64,000 nucleotides of DNA, taken from positions 62,001-126,000 of the forward strand of contig JAQGDQ010000163.1 of NCBI GenBank assembly GCA_030141605.1. The letters are read 5' to 3'. The notes beneath the pieces are model-generated. The model ran no database searches. It was given only the letters and a program-made list of their open reading frames with translations, and was not told the DNA's origin. Numbering within the stretch: position 1 is the stretch's first letter; each line of letters begins with the position of its first letter. Positions 26,501 to 40,723 of this stretch are shown piece after piece. Position numbers and translations under genes: made by a program. This stretch comes from Tubiluchus corallicola (Eukaryota > Animalia > Priapulida).

Positions 26501-27625
26501 GGAAGTAATAATCCAACATAACATAACATGACTTTTCTAAAACTTTGCTTTGGCTCTTTGCTTAGGCTGCCAGGGCCATCCATTTGAGTACTCACCGTAT
26601 TTAAATGCTACACCATGCTAAAATTGTCAGTGCCATACTAGATAAAAATTATTCGTTAGACACATCAAAACATGCTTCATTGCACTTTCTGAATAACAAG
26701 AGAGCATACTTATTCTGCTATTGCTGTTAACGGTTCCCTTGCCACTTGAAATACTTTCAGCTACCGTCTTAAGAGGTTTGCTTGTATAAATGTCATCATT
26801 AACTGTCATGCACTATCACCTTTGCTTTCTATAACTGCTTCCCCTGGCCTAATAACTCATCCTAATCCCTCTAATGGATAATTTAATTACTCCACACTTC
26901 GCTCGTGGCACCTTATATTAGGAAAGTGGATACTAGTAATTGAGTCTAAATTGCCTCTTGCTGCCGCAGTGCACGCAGCAGCAAAGGCACTAAATGGAGT
27001 TGTGTTTATTGCATGCACATTTGCTAGTAGAATGATTATTTATTTACTTGCAAAAGCAAGTGCAGCTTGATCAAATCATATCCTGCATCTTTTGCTCGAC
27101 ATTTTGTTGAAATACACGTACGTTCACCTAAAGTTGTCAACTGAATGCTAATTTAGTTTTCTGCATAAAATTGTGGAATGCATTCAGAGAAATGCAGCTC
27201 TGGGGACTGGAGAAAGCAAAATGTTTAAATGTGGAAATTAAAAAGTAATTCTTTGCGTAACAGGATACATAAATAAATCATTCTGCTATAATGCAAAGTG
27301 TTCCACAGTAATCCAGCTCTGGAAAAATTTTAACTCTAGAATGTTATGCCACAGTTTGCTGAAGGTTTACTTTCATCTTTGCTTTTTGCACTATAAACCA
27401 CAAGAAATCTTCATTTTATTCCCTGCAACTGTTTACTTCTGAGTTCCAAATTTATTGACCACTATTCTCCTCTTTGATGGAAATGACAACCGGGAATTTG
27501 TAACAAGTGTTTGATTGAGCGATTGTCATGCTAGCTTTAGATATGTAGCTTTGATGAAAGCGTGGAATTGTACTTTTTTTGAACCCTTATATGTACCAGT
27601 GCTTCTGAGCAAGAATGGAACTTAT

Positions 27626-27890
27626 GGCACATTCAGATTAACGAGTTTTTTCCTGGACAGGAAATTCGCAAGTGTGAACTGCTTTGCACACTCTTATACA
27701 GTAACTGTTGCTGTAAGTTGATTTTCTGCTATCTGCTCTCTAGTGTGAACTTTCGAGACTTCACGCGGTGAATAGAGAAGGGGGTCAGCTCACGCTTACT
27801 GCCAGACAGTAACTTGCAACAAGTTTTGCTGTCTAGTGTGAACACGCTTATGAGTTATTTTGCGAGAAAACTTGCCAGTCTGAATTTCCG
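27626..27890. mobile_element. Possible PIF/Harbinger-like MITE, degraded
   Basis: Imperfect TIRs ggcacattcagattaacgagtttt / aaaacttgccagtctgaatttcc and an internal repeated agtgtgaac motif. Confidence 0.3.
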
Positions 27891-28377
27891 TTTAGCATAC
27901 ATCAAAACTGATGCTACTTCAGAAAAAAAGCATTAGAACTATATCAGTTAACAAAAATTGTCTACTATTTCCAAGTAAACACTACACAAGTTACGTGTTA
28001 AAGTAGCGGGGTCTTTTGACGTAGGCATTTGGCACTTGGGTCTGATCACATGGTCCCAGTTCTGGTGCTGCTTTGTAGCCATATTAATATGTCCTAGCTA
28101 AAATGAAAATATAAATAAAGTGTGTCTGTTGAAATATTACTTTGCTGCTCCTTTATTTTTATCGATTTGGAGTCAGAATGCCTTTATAAATTAACGTTAA
28201 CAAGAATGTTTGTTTGTGGTCATGCTGTGTGTTACAACCTTTACACTTTCCAGAAAAAACGTGTCTTTGTATTCTTTTCAGAATATCTACCTATGCGGTA
28301 AAGAGCCATTACATAAAAACAAAATGCACAAATGTTCTTGATTTTTTTTACTTTTTGATGTAAAATGAATTATAACC

Positions 28378-28404
28378 ATATTTTAAATCTTTATATTCTT
28401 TTAT

Positions 28405-28457
<53 letters not shown>

Positions 28458-28884
28458 TTATATATATAAAACAATAAAAGAATATAAAGATTTAAAATAT
28501 GTCTTGTATATATATATCCAAGAGTGCGTGTATGTTGCAGTTTCTGTGTGCATTGTATGCAAAACACAGCAGTCAATGCAATGAATAGCAATAAACTAGC
28601 ACACTTGCTGTTCAGCAAACAAGTTACATAACTTCTCTAATCTCGTTCTTACCGGTAGAATAACTAACAATTTTTGTAATCGTGTGTTTACAGAATTTCT
28701 AAGTGATGTATCTACCCTCTAAAAAGCTTTTATATGGGTTGTATTAGCCAATCAGCATTTGGATTAATTGCCTGTTGTATTTATAATGCATACGGACATA
28801 TGCAATGCATACAGAAACTGCAACATACCCGCACTCTTGGATATATTATGTAAAACAATAACAGAACATAAAAAATTTAGAATA
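28378..28884. mobile_element. TIR element with about 90-bp TIRs; left TIR interrupted by (TA)n and a local inverted duplication
   Basis: tatatccaagagtgcgtgtatgttgcagtttctgtgtgcattg (~28514-28556) is the reverse complement of caatgcatacagaaactgcaacatacccgcactcttggatata (~28803-28845). A separate hairpin at 28378-28501 is centred on (TA)n. Confidence 0.7.
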
Positions 28885-29256
28885 AGCATATTACGTATAT
28901 TATAAATGTATTTGTGATTGTAATGTTTCTTGTCAAATAAAAATATTGTTTAAACTAATAACTTTAAACTTTAAACTAATAACTTTGTGCATCAGTACAA
29001 AAATTCAACAAAGTGAAAGTGAGCACTCTTACATTGGTTGGAAATGTATATGTGTGGCTGTGTATTGTATGTAATCAAATTTGTAGATGTCAGTCATGTG
29101 TAGGCATTTATTATGGGTTTTACACCAGTATTGTCATTCAGTAAATTAGAGAGATAATTCTCATTGATCGTAGCAATATTGATTTGTTTTTTATTAAACT
29201 TCATTGAATTTATTAGTGCATCTTTCTAATACGTCTGATTGAATTGTATTTTTCAG

Positions 29257-29474
29257 GCACATTTTGGTTGTTCTGTGGTGTTGCACTCATCGGCTTCATA
29301 TTTATTTTCATATTTCTACCGGAGACCAAGGGCAAATCATTAGAGGAGGTGGAGGGTCTGTTTGCGCAGCCGCTCGGCTCCGACGGTACGTTGCAAGGGT
29401 ACGATAACGCTGTACAGTATGTGCATATACGAGGTCTCAACCGCGACTGCCAAGAACTCGATTCACCAGAATAG
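29257..29474 (+). CDS. SLC2A13: HMIT last coding exon
   Basis: ttcag acceptor. Translates GTFWLFCGVAL...LPETKGKSLEEVEGLF...VQYVHIRGLN..., with the PETKG signature, and ends at TAG. Confidence 0.95.
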
Positions 29475-29535
29475 AAAGGGCATTGTATATTCAAATGTTG
29501 CACATCATTGATGTGATTGTTGTATCATTGTTGTA

Positions 29536-29583
29536 TGTTGTATTGACATTGTTCACTGGTGTTGTATTGACATTGTTCACTGG
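29536..29583. repeat. 24-bp perfect tandem duplication in the SLC2A13 3' UTR
   Basis: tgttgtattgacattgttcactgg occurs twice. Confidence 0.9.
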
Positions 29584-32500
29584 TTGTGTCCAGACACTGG
29601 ATTTGTTGTGTGTAGTAGGAGATTATATTATTGTTGGCACATACCATTGTTATCACGTACAGAATTTATTAGGAGAGAGTCTATTTGTCGTTAATGTAAA
29701 AAAAAACGCACAAAAATGATTGGCCTGCATTGGATTCATGCCTTCACTATCACCTTTACCACCTTTATCACCTTTGCCATTTGATTAATTAATTGGTTTT
29801 CATATGTTCTGTTTTCAAGATATAGAATTGTATTATAAATTAGTTATAGAATTATAGTTTTTTAAATTGCCAAGGTAATATTTTCAAATTTGTGGAATAC
29901 TTGGTGTTAAAATATTATCACGATACAGAATGTTTATCATTAGCCTTTTAATCTGACTCAAAAAGACCTTTAAACTTCTTCGTAACCAAACTTTTAAAAA
30001 ATTTCAAAACTGCTAAAATTTCAGACTGGGATAATTATGGCTTTTCAATGTAGTCGATTTATACTTAGAAAATGCATTCAATGAACAGCTTTCACAGTAA
30101 AAGATTTCTTATTTCTTCGACAGAATCGATGCATGAGTTGAAGGCAATGGGAAACCATTCATGGTTAGAGTATTAATCATTGGAGTTTGATTTGATTTGT
30201 ATATGAGACATTTCTAAGATATTGATGGCAGCTTCTGTCATACAGGTGGGGGGGTATATTCATTGGCAAATTAACCAAATGACTAACTGCAAATAACTAA
30301 GGTGGCATAGAAATATTAGCTTAGAACAACAAACGTGTTTTTTGCATAAAGAGAGAAAATGGCATTTTTTCTTTATCCGCTTGATTTCGTGTGTATTATT
30401 ACAGCAACTTAACCATGTCTATCAATGGTCTACTTTTAAAAAGAATTTTACTATTGTCTACTTTCCAAACCATTTTCTATTATCTCTTTTTCACCTCAGT
30501 GTTAAGCAACAGGTTTATATCAATGTAGGGCTATTTCTGTTTTAAAATTTTTGTCATAACTTGGCTTCATTGAAAGCTACTTGCTTCTACAGTGGTGGTA
30601 GACTTTTTCAGGCAGCCGTTGCAGTTGGCACTTAGCCCTCCACATATTGTGCCTGCTGTTGCACATTACTGCTCCTGTACGATGGCTTGTCAATTTATCC
30701 TGTCAGCCTGTCGCTGCCCAGTTGACCGAATCTTTAATGACCACTTACCGGCTCATTTGAGGGACGCGCAATATTGATCTGGTAGTGGTAGCATAGGCAG
30801 CTGATTGGCTTACAATGATATTCTGTTTGATGACCATCTGTGATGTTTGTATTTCAGACTGCTGCTTCGCAATATCATCTAATTGTGTTTTGAAAAATAA
30901 CAAATTGTGTAAAATTGCCCGCGTACGTATACACTTTGCTTGCAGTCATATTTGTAGATGACTGTTGCTTTTAATGCCTAAGAATAAGTTTCTCACTGCG
31001 GCAATTTAACATTGGTCAATCGAATATATCCATTGTTTATAACATTCCTTGTATGTATTGTTTGTGTCATACTCACTCAACATTGTTCCTAACAGTTTGC
31101 ATGTGTTTCGTGTACAACAATGTTGCATTCTTAACAGCGAGTGTTGTTTTCTAAAACGCGTTGCATGAACTTTAGAAAGTCACCTCACCTTTGTTTATTT
31201 TTTGCAAAAGTGTATATTTAGTGTATTTTGTAAGTTGAGATTGGAGCAACATGATGACTGTTTTTAAGAACTTTGAGTCACCTGACCAAACTAGCAAATC
31301 AGCCAATGATTTTTACACCATTGCAAATTGTTTGGATAACCAGCACCTCTAGGGAATATAGATATAGGCTAGAAACAGCGGAAATTGATTTCCATCAATA
31401 TTTTTACATCAGTATTTTATTTGCTTACAATTGCATTTAAGAGAATAATAAGATGTTTATCTCATTTAATGTCAGAGCTAATGTCAAAGCCAAGAAAATG
31501 AAGTTCAGAAACACGGTATAAAGGTAAAGTTTTCATGTAGATGGGAGGAGTTCTAACTATGCCTAGGTGGTGGGAAAGAGAAAGCAGCGTAGTTTCTTAG
31601 CAAGGAAGTCACCAAATCATTACTTAGTCTTAATTGTGATTTTTGCTAATTTATTTTTATTTATTTGCTGCATGTTTTATTTCTGTTTACATTTATTGCA
31701 GGGCGAGGCAACAGCACTGAAACTTCTACATTAATTGATCACGAAGCCACTTCTACTGATAATAACTGACGGATGATTGATTATTGATTAAGCACACCTT
31801 CTCCCAGAGCACTGGAGCATGTGATGTGAAACCACTCCCAGCATGACAGTATTATAGTATTATTTGTGGATGATGGAATTTTCTGTGATAGGGTTCTTAT
31901 GTGATCTGTATTGTTTTATGATTTATTTGTAATCACGGGTGCATGTCAAACCCTTGTTGTGGTTTGGTTAAATTTTATTTTTATTGTAAGAACTGAATGT
32001 CAGCATTGTTTAAAACAATGATGTTTTTTAAGTTAAATTATTACAACTTTGCCCATAAAAAACCTGTTAATTGTGTAAAAGGACAATATTGAGTCATAGA
32101 GGAAGTAAATAAGCTGTCTCGACGGACAACAGGCTGTGGCAAAGTAGACCAATGCGAGAATTAATTTATTGAAGCAAAGAAAAATCATTGATTGTGTTAT
32201 GATTTTAAAAAAATTGTGAGGTACAATAATAATATTATGCAATTAAAAGGAAACCATTTCTTATGTACTCCCATTCTGATGTACTGAAAATTGATTGAAA
32301 ACTTTCTCATTGCTGACAACATTGTCTTCACAGAGTTGTGCTGGGTTACTATTCATCATTCTAAAAACTGACGTTCTATCAGCAAACTTGTTTTAGTAAA
32401 TGTACGTCTAGATATGTTTGTTCAGTTCATGCATGTACTGGTTTACTTTCTGTGTGCAATTCGATAGTCATTTCACTCTCGTTCCTTGTGGAACGGTCTT

Positions 32501-32979
32501 TCCTGAAGCTTAAAATTTGCACTGACATTTAAAATCTAAGGTTGATACAATGGCTGTTTTCTGGCTTCCTCCACATGTGAAAACATATTATCATAATTTT
32601 GTTTTAGATTTGCATCTTCTAGTGGAGATGAAGACTAGATGTCTTGGAATAGGCTGTGTTGGAAAACAGCACTAAAAACTTATCACGTCTATTATTAGAT
32701 TTCTTCTGGTAACAGATTAACATGCGAGACATCTGCATACTGTAGTCACTTTTTGCGATACCAGTTAGTATAAGTGTTTTATTTTATAATCCTCATTGGT
32801 TTGGGTTTTTTTACTTTATTTGTTAAATAAGGTTTTGCATGCATAATATTTCATTAAAATTTCTAGCTCAAATGATTTATTTGAAAAAAATGACACAACA
32901 ATACTTTGTGTACATTATTTCTGTCTGTACTATAATGCCTTGCTGAAATGGCTAGTATTATGCAGTTTACTATAATAGA

Positions 32980-35350
32980 TCTTCATTGCATTGCCGTAAG
33001 CCTGGTAAAATCTTTTGAGAACTTGTTCAAGATGGATTGCTTGATTTTTTTTTAAAAACAGGTATAGACACTAAAGCATAATCGTAATACAAGTTTCATT
33101 TTAACTTAAGGCTTCTCCTTTTTCAGCAAGCTACATGTAGGCGATCAAATCTTTTCGCTCTTGAATTAGGAGTTCAACTTCATCATCAATCATAATGTAC
33201 TGATGTACAAAAAACGACCCCTTTTCTCCAGCACCAAGAGCCAATTTAGGTCAATTACATTATTTACTTCCAGGACTGATGAATCGATTAAAATTCAGCA
33301 GTTTCACAAGTTTCTGTTCAATTCAATGTAACGGCTTTCATTAAGTATCTTCCTCTGAGTGGAATACTAATTCTGTATTGTGACCTTGAAATACAGGAGT
33401 TGATAAATCAGTAATTCCATTGTCTGACAGGTCTTCAGCAGTGCATTCAAAGACAATGTTAGGAACGACAATCTACCTATTTTATTTTCTCGGTTTTTTC
33501 AGTCAGCTTTCCCATTATTATAATTTGTACATATTGGAAACTTTTGCCTTTGTTAAACTATGTTCAGTCCAAATATTATAAAGTTTCTCAATTTTTTTTG
33601 TTATTTTCGGGATTCGTTTTTCCCTTATTATTTCAACAAGAATTGTAGGTTATAACTTTGCGCAAATTATGAGAAAACGTTTCTGCTGCTTCTAGATAAA
33701 TGGTTTCTTTTGGTGAAAACTTAATTTTTATGACTGCAGTCTGCTGAGCTCTCAAATGCAGTGGTATCAAGCTAAATGGCGTTGGAGCTTCTATATGTAG
33801 TTTTTGCTGAATGCTAACTAAGCCTAGTGGGATTTAGTCTTTCTATTGCCTGGGAGGTGTGATCATTTACATTTACAAGGAAAAATCAGATGCTTCTAGT
33901 GCAGGAAGTGAACACATGGCCTTTTAAATTCTGCTCAAACGCACTGACCATTAATAACCGTCTGTTACTGTACAGGATGGTCTAATGGCCTCTGATTTTT
34001 TTAAACAAACTCAGTTTGCTAATGTCACCATAGATCCAAGGTGTTACCGTAAATATGGTTGCGCAATAAATATTACAAAAGTTGATTAATTGTAACAATG
34101 ATAAATGGTAATGATGATGTTGATAATGGCCTTTCATGATGGACAGTTTTCCCGTCCATCAAATCTGTGTCCGTTTATTTCTTTGGAAATAAGTGGCCAA
34201 GGCCTGGTAACAACTAACAAGTCACAACATGAAAGTGAACACGAACTAAATCAATTTCTTAAAACTGCTGGTATCAAATAGCCCTATCTGCAACAGAAAA
34301 GAAAATCTATGAAAACCTCACCAGACTGCAGGAAACTCTGTCATTTTTACACTACAATTTATGTAAATTTCACTTGATGCAGAATTTTGTGACTAATCTT
34401 CAGCAACAATTCTAAACCTTGTAAGACTAAAAAATGTTATAATCAAATTTATAATAATATTTTTAATTTAACCACCTGGCAGCTCAATTTTTCTACTTAT
34501 TGTTTTCTTATTTCTTTTTTCCTTTTTTTGTGTATTGTTCTATTTTCTCCATTCATTAATTCAGTTTTATTGTTTTATATTAAAGCATAATATTTTAGGT
34601 AGGTAACTGTTTGTCAATAAACATCATGATTAATATGTAACGATGACAAAGATGATGAATAATGATTAAGTTTTATCATTTTAAAACAGGGTTCAATGCA
34701 ATTCTATGTTTCTTGTTCGATGTAAACTGATTTTTTTCTCCATGTGAATTTAATAATGAAGTTGGTTCCTGACTGTACTCTATCTGCTTAGCTACCATCT
34801 GGCATTGATGTCTGACGATTTCCTCGTTGGATAATACTGAAGTGGCTCGCTGATTATTGCTTTGATATTGAAAAATCCCTGGTTTGATGTAAAAAGACCT
34901 GTCACATGCATTGCACACTGCACAGGGCCAGCCTGATGTGTTTCGTTACAGCTTCATTTTTGTCAGTAAAATATGGCAAAAACACACATCTGCATTTTCT
35001 ATTTGTGCAGTGAATTCATTGTTAAAAAAGCAAACTCTGAATACATATGAATTGAAATACTACTGTACTGAAATGCCACATATGATCAAAAGTGTCAAAT
35101 CATTTAGTAAAACCGGCTTTTAAAGCCAGTATTTGGTCTTGCTTTTTGCTGCATTCATATACTGTATGGTGTATAAATCCCTGGTGCTAATGCTGATAAC
35201 ATACTGCCTACCCAATCTCTGACTGCACTGCCATCTGCATTCACATTTGCCAATAAAAATCAGCCAAGCTATGCTTTAAGTCAAAATAGTCCCTTGCGGG
35301 GGGGACACCCCTTGCTGCTTGCCAAGTTACAATGCATAGCAAGCCTATGT
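32980..35350 (-). pseudogene. Highly degraded KDZ (Kyakuja-Dileera-Zisupton)-like transposase relic
   Basis: Minus-strand fragments in the expected order, separated by many stops and frameshifts: GKCECRWQC..RQYVISISTRDLYTIQY (35251-35159), CAVCNAC (~34920), CDLLVVTRPWPLISK (~34200), LKGHVFTSC (~33915), IERLN (~33840), DDEVELLIQERK (~33170). Confidence 0.4.
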
Positions 35351-38063
35351 CAACAGCCTGATTCATGATGGGATGACATTCTTTCAATCTGTATTCTATC
35401 CCGCATTAGATCAGGGATTACATCTGAAATATTTACACTGCAGAAAAGGTCACGTTTAATCAGTTGAAGCAGGATTTTCCCTTGTTTGAATATAATTACA
35501 AGAAGGATTTCTTTACTGAGACTGATCCAGGACTGGGTTAGAAGAGCCTAGGGTAGTTGCATCTTCCCATATGGCAGATTGGGTCTGGCATCAGAAAATG
35601 CTTTTACTAATAAAAAATTTGAATAAATACGTCTGATTATTGTTTTAAACCATGGAGAAAGACACGTCATCAACATTTAGAATGTGGATCTTAAATGGTA
35701 AAAACTTCGGGCTGTTGTTTGCTTGGTCTTTCCTAAACCCTCAATACAAATTAACAATACAATAAATTACGGTGCCACAAAATTACGGTATCACAAAATT
35801 CGGTATAATTAATCTGTCTTTCCTTTGTTATGTAATCAGCTAATTATTAATTTGGAATATAGGCTGAACGAGAGCTGTCTGACAATTAAAGTTATTTTGT
35901 ATTATTAGCAATAGTGCCTCTTGAAATTCAAATCTATTAAATTTGTAATTTGAATTTCGATTTGTGCATACCAAATAGCTGTATCAATTTTAATTTGAGT
36001 TTTCTTGAATTCTGACAATTTAAAAGTACAAATTGGGAAATACATGTAAATGTTTTGTAACAGATTCTATCTGTTAATGTTCAGTCATAAGGCATTTATT
36101 TTCACACAAATTGCAGTAAACTACATTTTCAGTAAGCTACATGCTATATGTACATTTGTAGTTGCACAAAAATAATAAGGTACACGTTTGTGACTGTAAT
36201 TATGATGTAAAATAAAAAAAAGTTATATATTTTGAAATGTAGTTGTGCTGTATTTAATAAAAATACTCTCTCCCTCCTCTCTCTCTCATGCTTCCTGCCC
36301 CTTCACTTTCTTCTCTCTCTTCTGACTTATTCTCCCAACCCCTCGCTTGTTCTCTCTTCTGTATCAACGGATATCTCCTCTCTTTCTTTCATCAGCCAGT
36401 TATCTACCCCTGTTCTATACTTTTCGACAAATTCTTCTCCAATCAGCTTAATGTGGATTATATGCCAATGCATAGTGCACGTAATGGTGTAATATTGTGT
36501 AACATCAGATACTAACTCTTGTATTCGCTGCTGCATTATATAAACCCTCATTGGCTTAATTAACGAGTTTGCACATATCACGTGATAAATGTATACTTAA
36601 CGTAAGACACGTAATAAGCAAAGCTTGAACTGATGAGGCTGCACACATTGCGTACAAACTTAATACTGTAATATTTGTCTGCGGAAATTACAATATGTAT
36701 GTAGGAAGTATCCAGAGTTGTGTATGTTATTCAATATAATTATTGGTCGATGCATCACACTTAACACAGGCTTATTTTTAGCAATGATATGCTCCAAGCA
36801 ACACACAAACACAGTTTGCAGATTCTTGTCTGGTTTTACGAGAAACAATGAAGCTCTTCTACAAAGATCCTTTCGTGTCTGTCATGCTGATTGCTTAACT
36901 AACTTGTTGCATAGCCAACCTACCAACTGCTAGGCTGTAACAGCTTTACTACCTAGCTGCTTGTATTACCACACTTACAAAAGCCACATTCATTGTGGCT
37001 AAACAATTCATCATGGCTAGTTTTATTATTGATATCTATAGTTTTTATTGCTCTGCAAAGCTCTGTTAATTGCCTAACTGACCGATCGCCCGACTAAATG
37101 AATGGCTGATGGACTATAACCAGTTTGCTTTTTAAGCCAGTCATAGGACTGTAAGCTACTGCTTGTAATTAATATGTAGCAGTCACATATTTATTTTTGA
37201 TGGCATAATGAATTACATTCTGTGGCTAGTGTAAAAAATGTAAGATCCCAATGAGAAATATATTTTAGTATTTACAAGCACAGCTTATACTATGTGCTCT
37301 TTCCAATCAGGTTTAGCAAAACCACTTGTACATTTTTTTATTTTAAATCACAGTGAGTCCATCAGAATTCAGTAAATTTCAGTTTTCCTACATGGTGGTG
37401 CCGCCTAGGGCCCACTATGGAAAATAAAACTGAAAAGCATTTGCTTGCGTATGCTACTTTGAATTTAATGAAGTTATTATTGAAATATTTTAATTCTTTC
37501 ACTGTACTGCCATTCCACAGAAATTATCTGAACTTATTTAAAATTCCAAATACCGCTCAATTACTATCTGTTTTTTATTTTAAATACTTTACTCGATGCT
37601 GAATATTTTTACGTGGTTATACGCTGAATATTATTAAGCAAAATTAATTAATTTTTTAAATGGGATTCAGCAGATTGTCCCAACGTTTAGCAAGTGATTT
37701 AACCAAAGAGGTACCATGTGCTTCTGTCATTATGTTCATCCATTTCTTTTTTTTTCTTAATTAGATTACGATGGTGTGAGAAAATACATTTCAAAAACTT
37801 CAGTTCATGTTGTACTTTGCAAATTTAACTATTATATTCAATAAATATAATAGAATGAAACTTGCAAGGAGGCTGACTGGAATTTATAGGAAATCATACT
37901 GGAAGTTCGGAACTCATGGAACATCACACTGGCACTTATAGGGAAAATACAGTCACACTGCATAGTGATGTACGAAAATTGTATCTTTATTAGACATACT
38001 AAATAATAAATTTTTATAGTTTATAAAAAAATATAACAACATAATGTTTAGCGAACGAATCCA

Positions 38064-38195
38064 GGTAAAAAGTCACAGAAAAAGTAAATAGGAAACAAGG
38101 CACAAGTAAAAAAGTTTCAGAAAAAGTAAAAAGAAACAAGGCACAGTAAAGAAAGAAAGAAATTAACTGTGACTTTTTTCCTGTGACTTTATTAC
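38064..38195. mobile_element. Short element with repeated subterminal inverted motifs (HINE/MITE-like)
   Basis: ggtaaaaagtcacagaaaaagtaaa..gaaacaaggcaca occurs twice, followed by the inverted ctgtgactttt twice. Confidence 0.45.
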
Positions 38196-40723
38196 TGATC
38201 ATCTAGCGAATTACAGGGTGCTGCCATCTATCAGGGAAAGAAATACCTCACCTACATATTACGCATGTAGCCTCTTCGATTATTGTAGTTCACAGTGAAT
38301 TCCAAATGCTTGTAATTAATGCACAATGCTACGCAACTGACACTTTTTGCATGTTTTCACGGTAGAAGAGGCTCAGCACACAGTGCCTTTATATACCTTA
38401 TGTTCTCTTTCAGCTAAAATTATGTATGCACTGCACAACTGCTTTGCAAACTGCAAGACACTACAGTTTTGTGAACGAATCTCAGTCCTTAACAGACTGT
38501 AGAATGCCGCACTGTTAATAAGCCCAGGAAGTGCAGTTCTTTAAAAGTTGTAATGCACAGCACTAAAATGCATAACACAAGCGAAATGGTTGATGAAGCA
38601 CATTGATCACTTTATCACTAACACGAGCGCAATATTTGACATCGAACTGCCGCTTTTCCACAAAATATTCTCACACAGGCGCAGGCACAAAAGGCAAAAT
38701 ATGAAACACTGTAGTAAAAAGGACTTGGCACATCTGGAACTAACACAATTGGAAATAGTCACACACGCGGCATTCATGCACTTAACAAATACACTTACCA
38801 ACACCTAAAGCACTTGGACACTGTAACTTGTAACGCGGACGGTAAAGAGGAAATTAAAGTCACACAATTACAACACTACCACATAGCTTCTTCACTACAC
38901 AGAAATTTTATTTCATATTTTAGTGAACCACCGTAATAAACAACTCAATTTCTGAAATCCAACAATGATAATTTTGGCGATGCTTTATAACAATCGTCTT
39001 TTCCCAAATTGATCAACGAATATAGCAACTGGGACTTTTTAGCATATATGTACAACCATTATACTTCCTCAAACATTGTGAACACATGCTTACACAATAG
39101 ACACTAAATAGCAATAACTTAGACAGAGGAAAATCAATAAGCGTGTCCCCGTCATCTTCTAAGCGCAGCCTAATTTAAGTTGTCATTGATAGATGTGTAT
39201 TTATTAACAAGATAGCTTGCCAGCGTCAGCACTAACAACAAGTTCAGTCATGAAATGCAGCTAGTACGTGCTGACCACAAAGTTTCATGTTTAATCAGTA
39301 ACAAATCAACACCAGATAAATGAATTAAAAAACGAAAATTAAAATTTCATTGAATTTAACAGTTCTAAGTCATAAGGTGCATTCACGATAATATTGTGCA
39401 CATAACAACTTGCTTCATTGTAAAACTCACAGTTAAATTCACACAAGAAGATTAATAAGATGACCTAAACAGTTATTGTATAAATGGAAAAGGCTAAAAA
39501 ATTTAAACCACGGAGTGAAACACCACTAGGCTAGCACTACAAAAACAATAAAAATGCAGTTTTTCACATCAATTGGCCTTTTACACAGCACTGACCATCA
39601 GACACTAGGCACTCTTTAAGTACGTAACGTACTAAACACGTGTCTTCGAATCTTGCAACATGATCACAATTACACCGGCTCTGCAATTAACACACTTTTT
39701 GGTGAAGTGCTTTGTGCAGATGAACAATACTGTTTTGCATCATAAAACGTAATTTAAAATTTAAAACTATGACGTCAAAACAAGTCATAAAAATTCAACT
39801 TCCACATCAAGTTTATGAGAATGGACGCCAAATAGCAGCACTCGCACAAAACTAACTGCATTGCATGACTGAAAGAGTAATGATGAACCTACATCGTTCT
39901 CGCATGATTTTAATAATTAACTGGTGCACAAAATACAAATAGCAGGAGCTTAAGATACATGCCGTATTAGATACTTTTTTCACTGTAAGCAGAGCTTATA
40001 CGAAACCAAACTCAAAAATAAAACAATTTTCACTGACGATGAAACACTCAGATACACGTGAATCATTTAAACACTTCACAGACACTCTGGTACCAGCTTA
40101 AAGGAGAAAAATTTGCATTTCACTATATATTTCACCAAATTTCATTATGTATCAATGGAACAACTTCAATATATCACTGGCAATAGTCACATAACTTTAA
40201 ATTTGTATAGTATAACTTGCACGAATTCAAACACTAAGGTAATATCATATAATGTACACTGAAATATTTCACTGAAAACTGTCACAATGGTGATAATTTA
40301 TCATAATCATCGCACAATATATAGGATATGGCAATTTGACACTTCCTTGCATAGGCCAATTATAACTTTTTATAATTCACTTTAAATGCCTCACAATTCC
40401 CTAACGGAAAAATCAATGATAATGGAAGGGTAAAAAATTTGCACTTGCAGAATAGCGCACGTTGCAAACGGATGAATGCACTTTGCACTTGATTCAATCG
40501 TTCGACACAATCATGAATTATGAATTAATTATGAAATGGGCACAAAAAAATTAATAACTAATTCCTGTTAAACTACACTAGATAGAGATATATAATTGCA
40601 CTGTAATGCACGTGCACTACCCCCATTTAATATAGTCACTAACAGATCCTAGGATGTAAATATGATGCTACACAGAATGAACATTTTTTGCCTTGCAAAT
40701 TCATGTCGCGGTGGATAATATAT

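Noticed and set aside
36625-36665. CTGATGAG hammerhead ribozyme core (similar partial motifs at ~605, ~40033 and ~63570)
   Set aside because: No stem II followed by GAAA in the correct arrangement.
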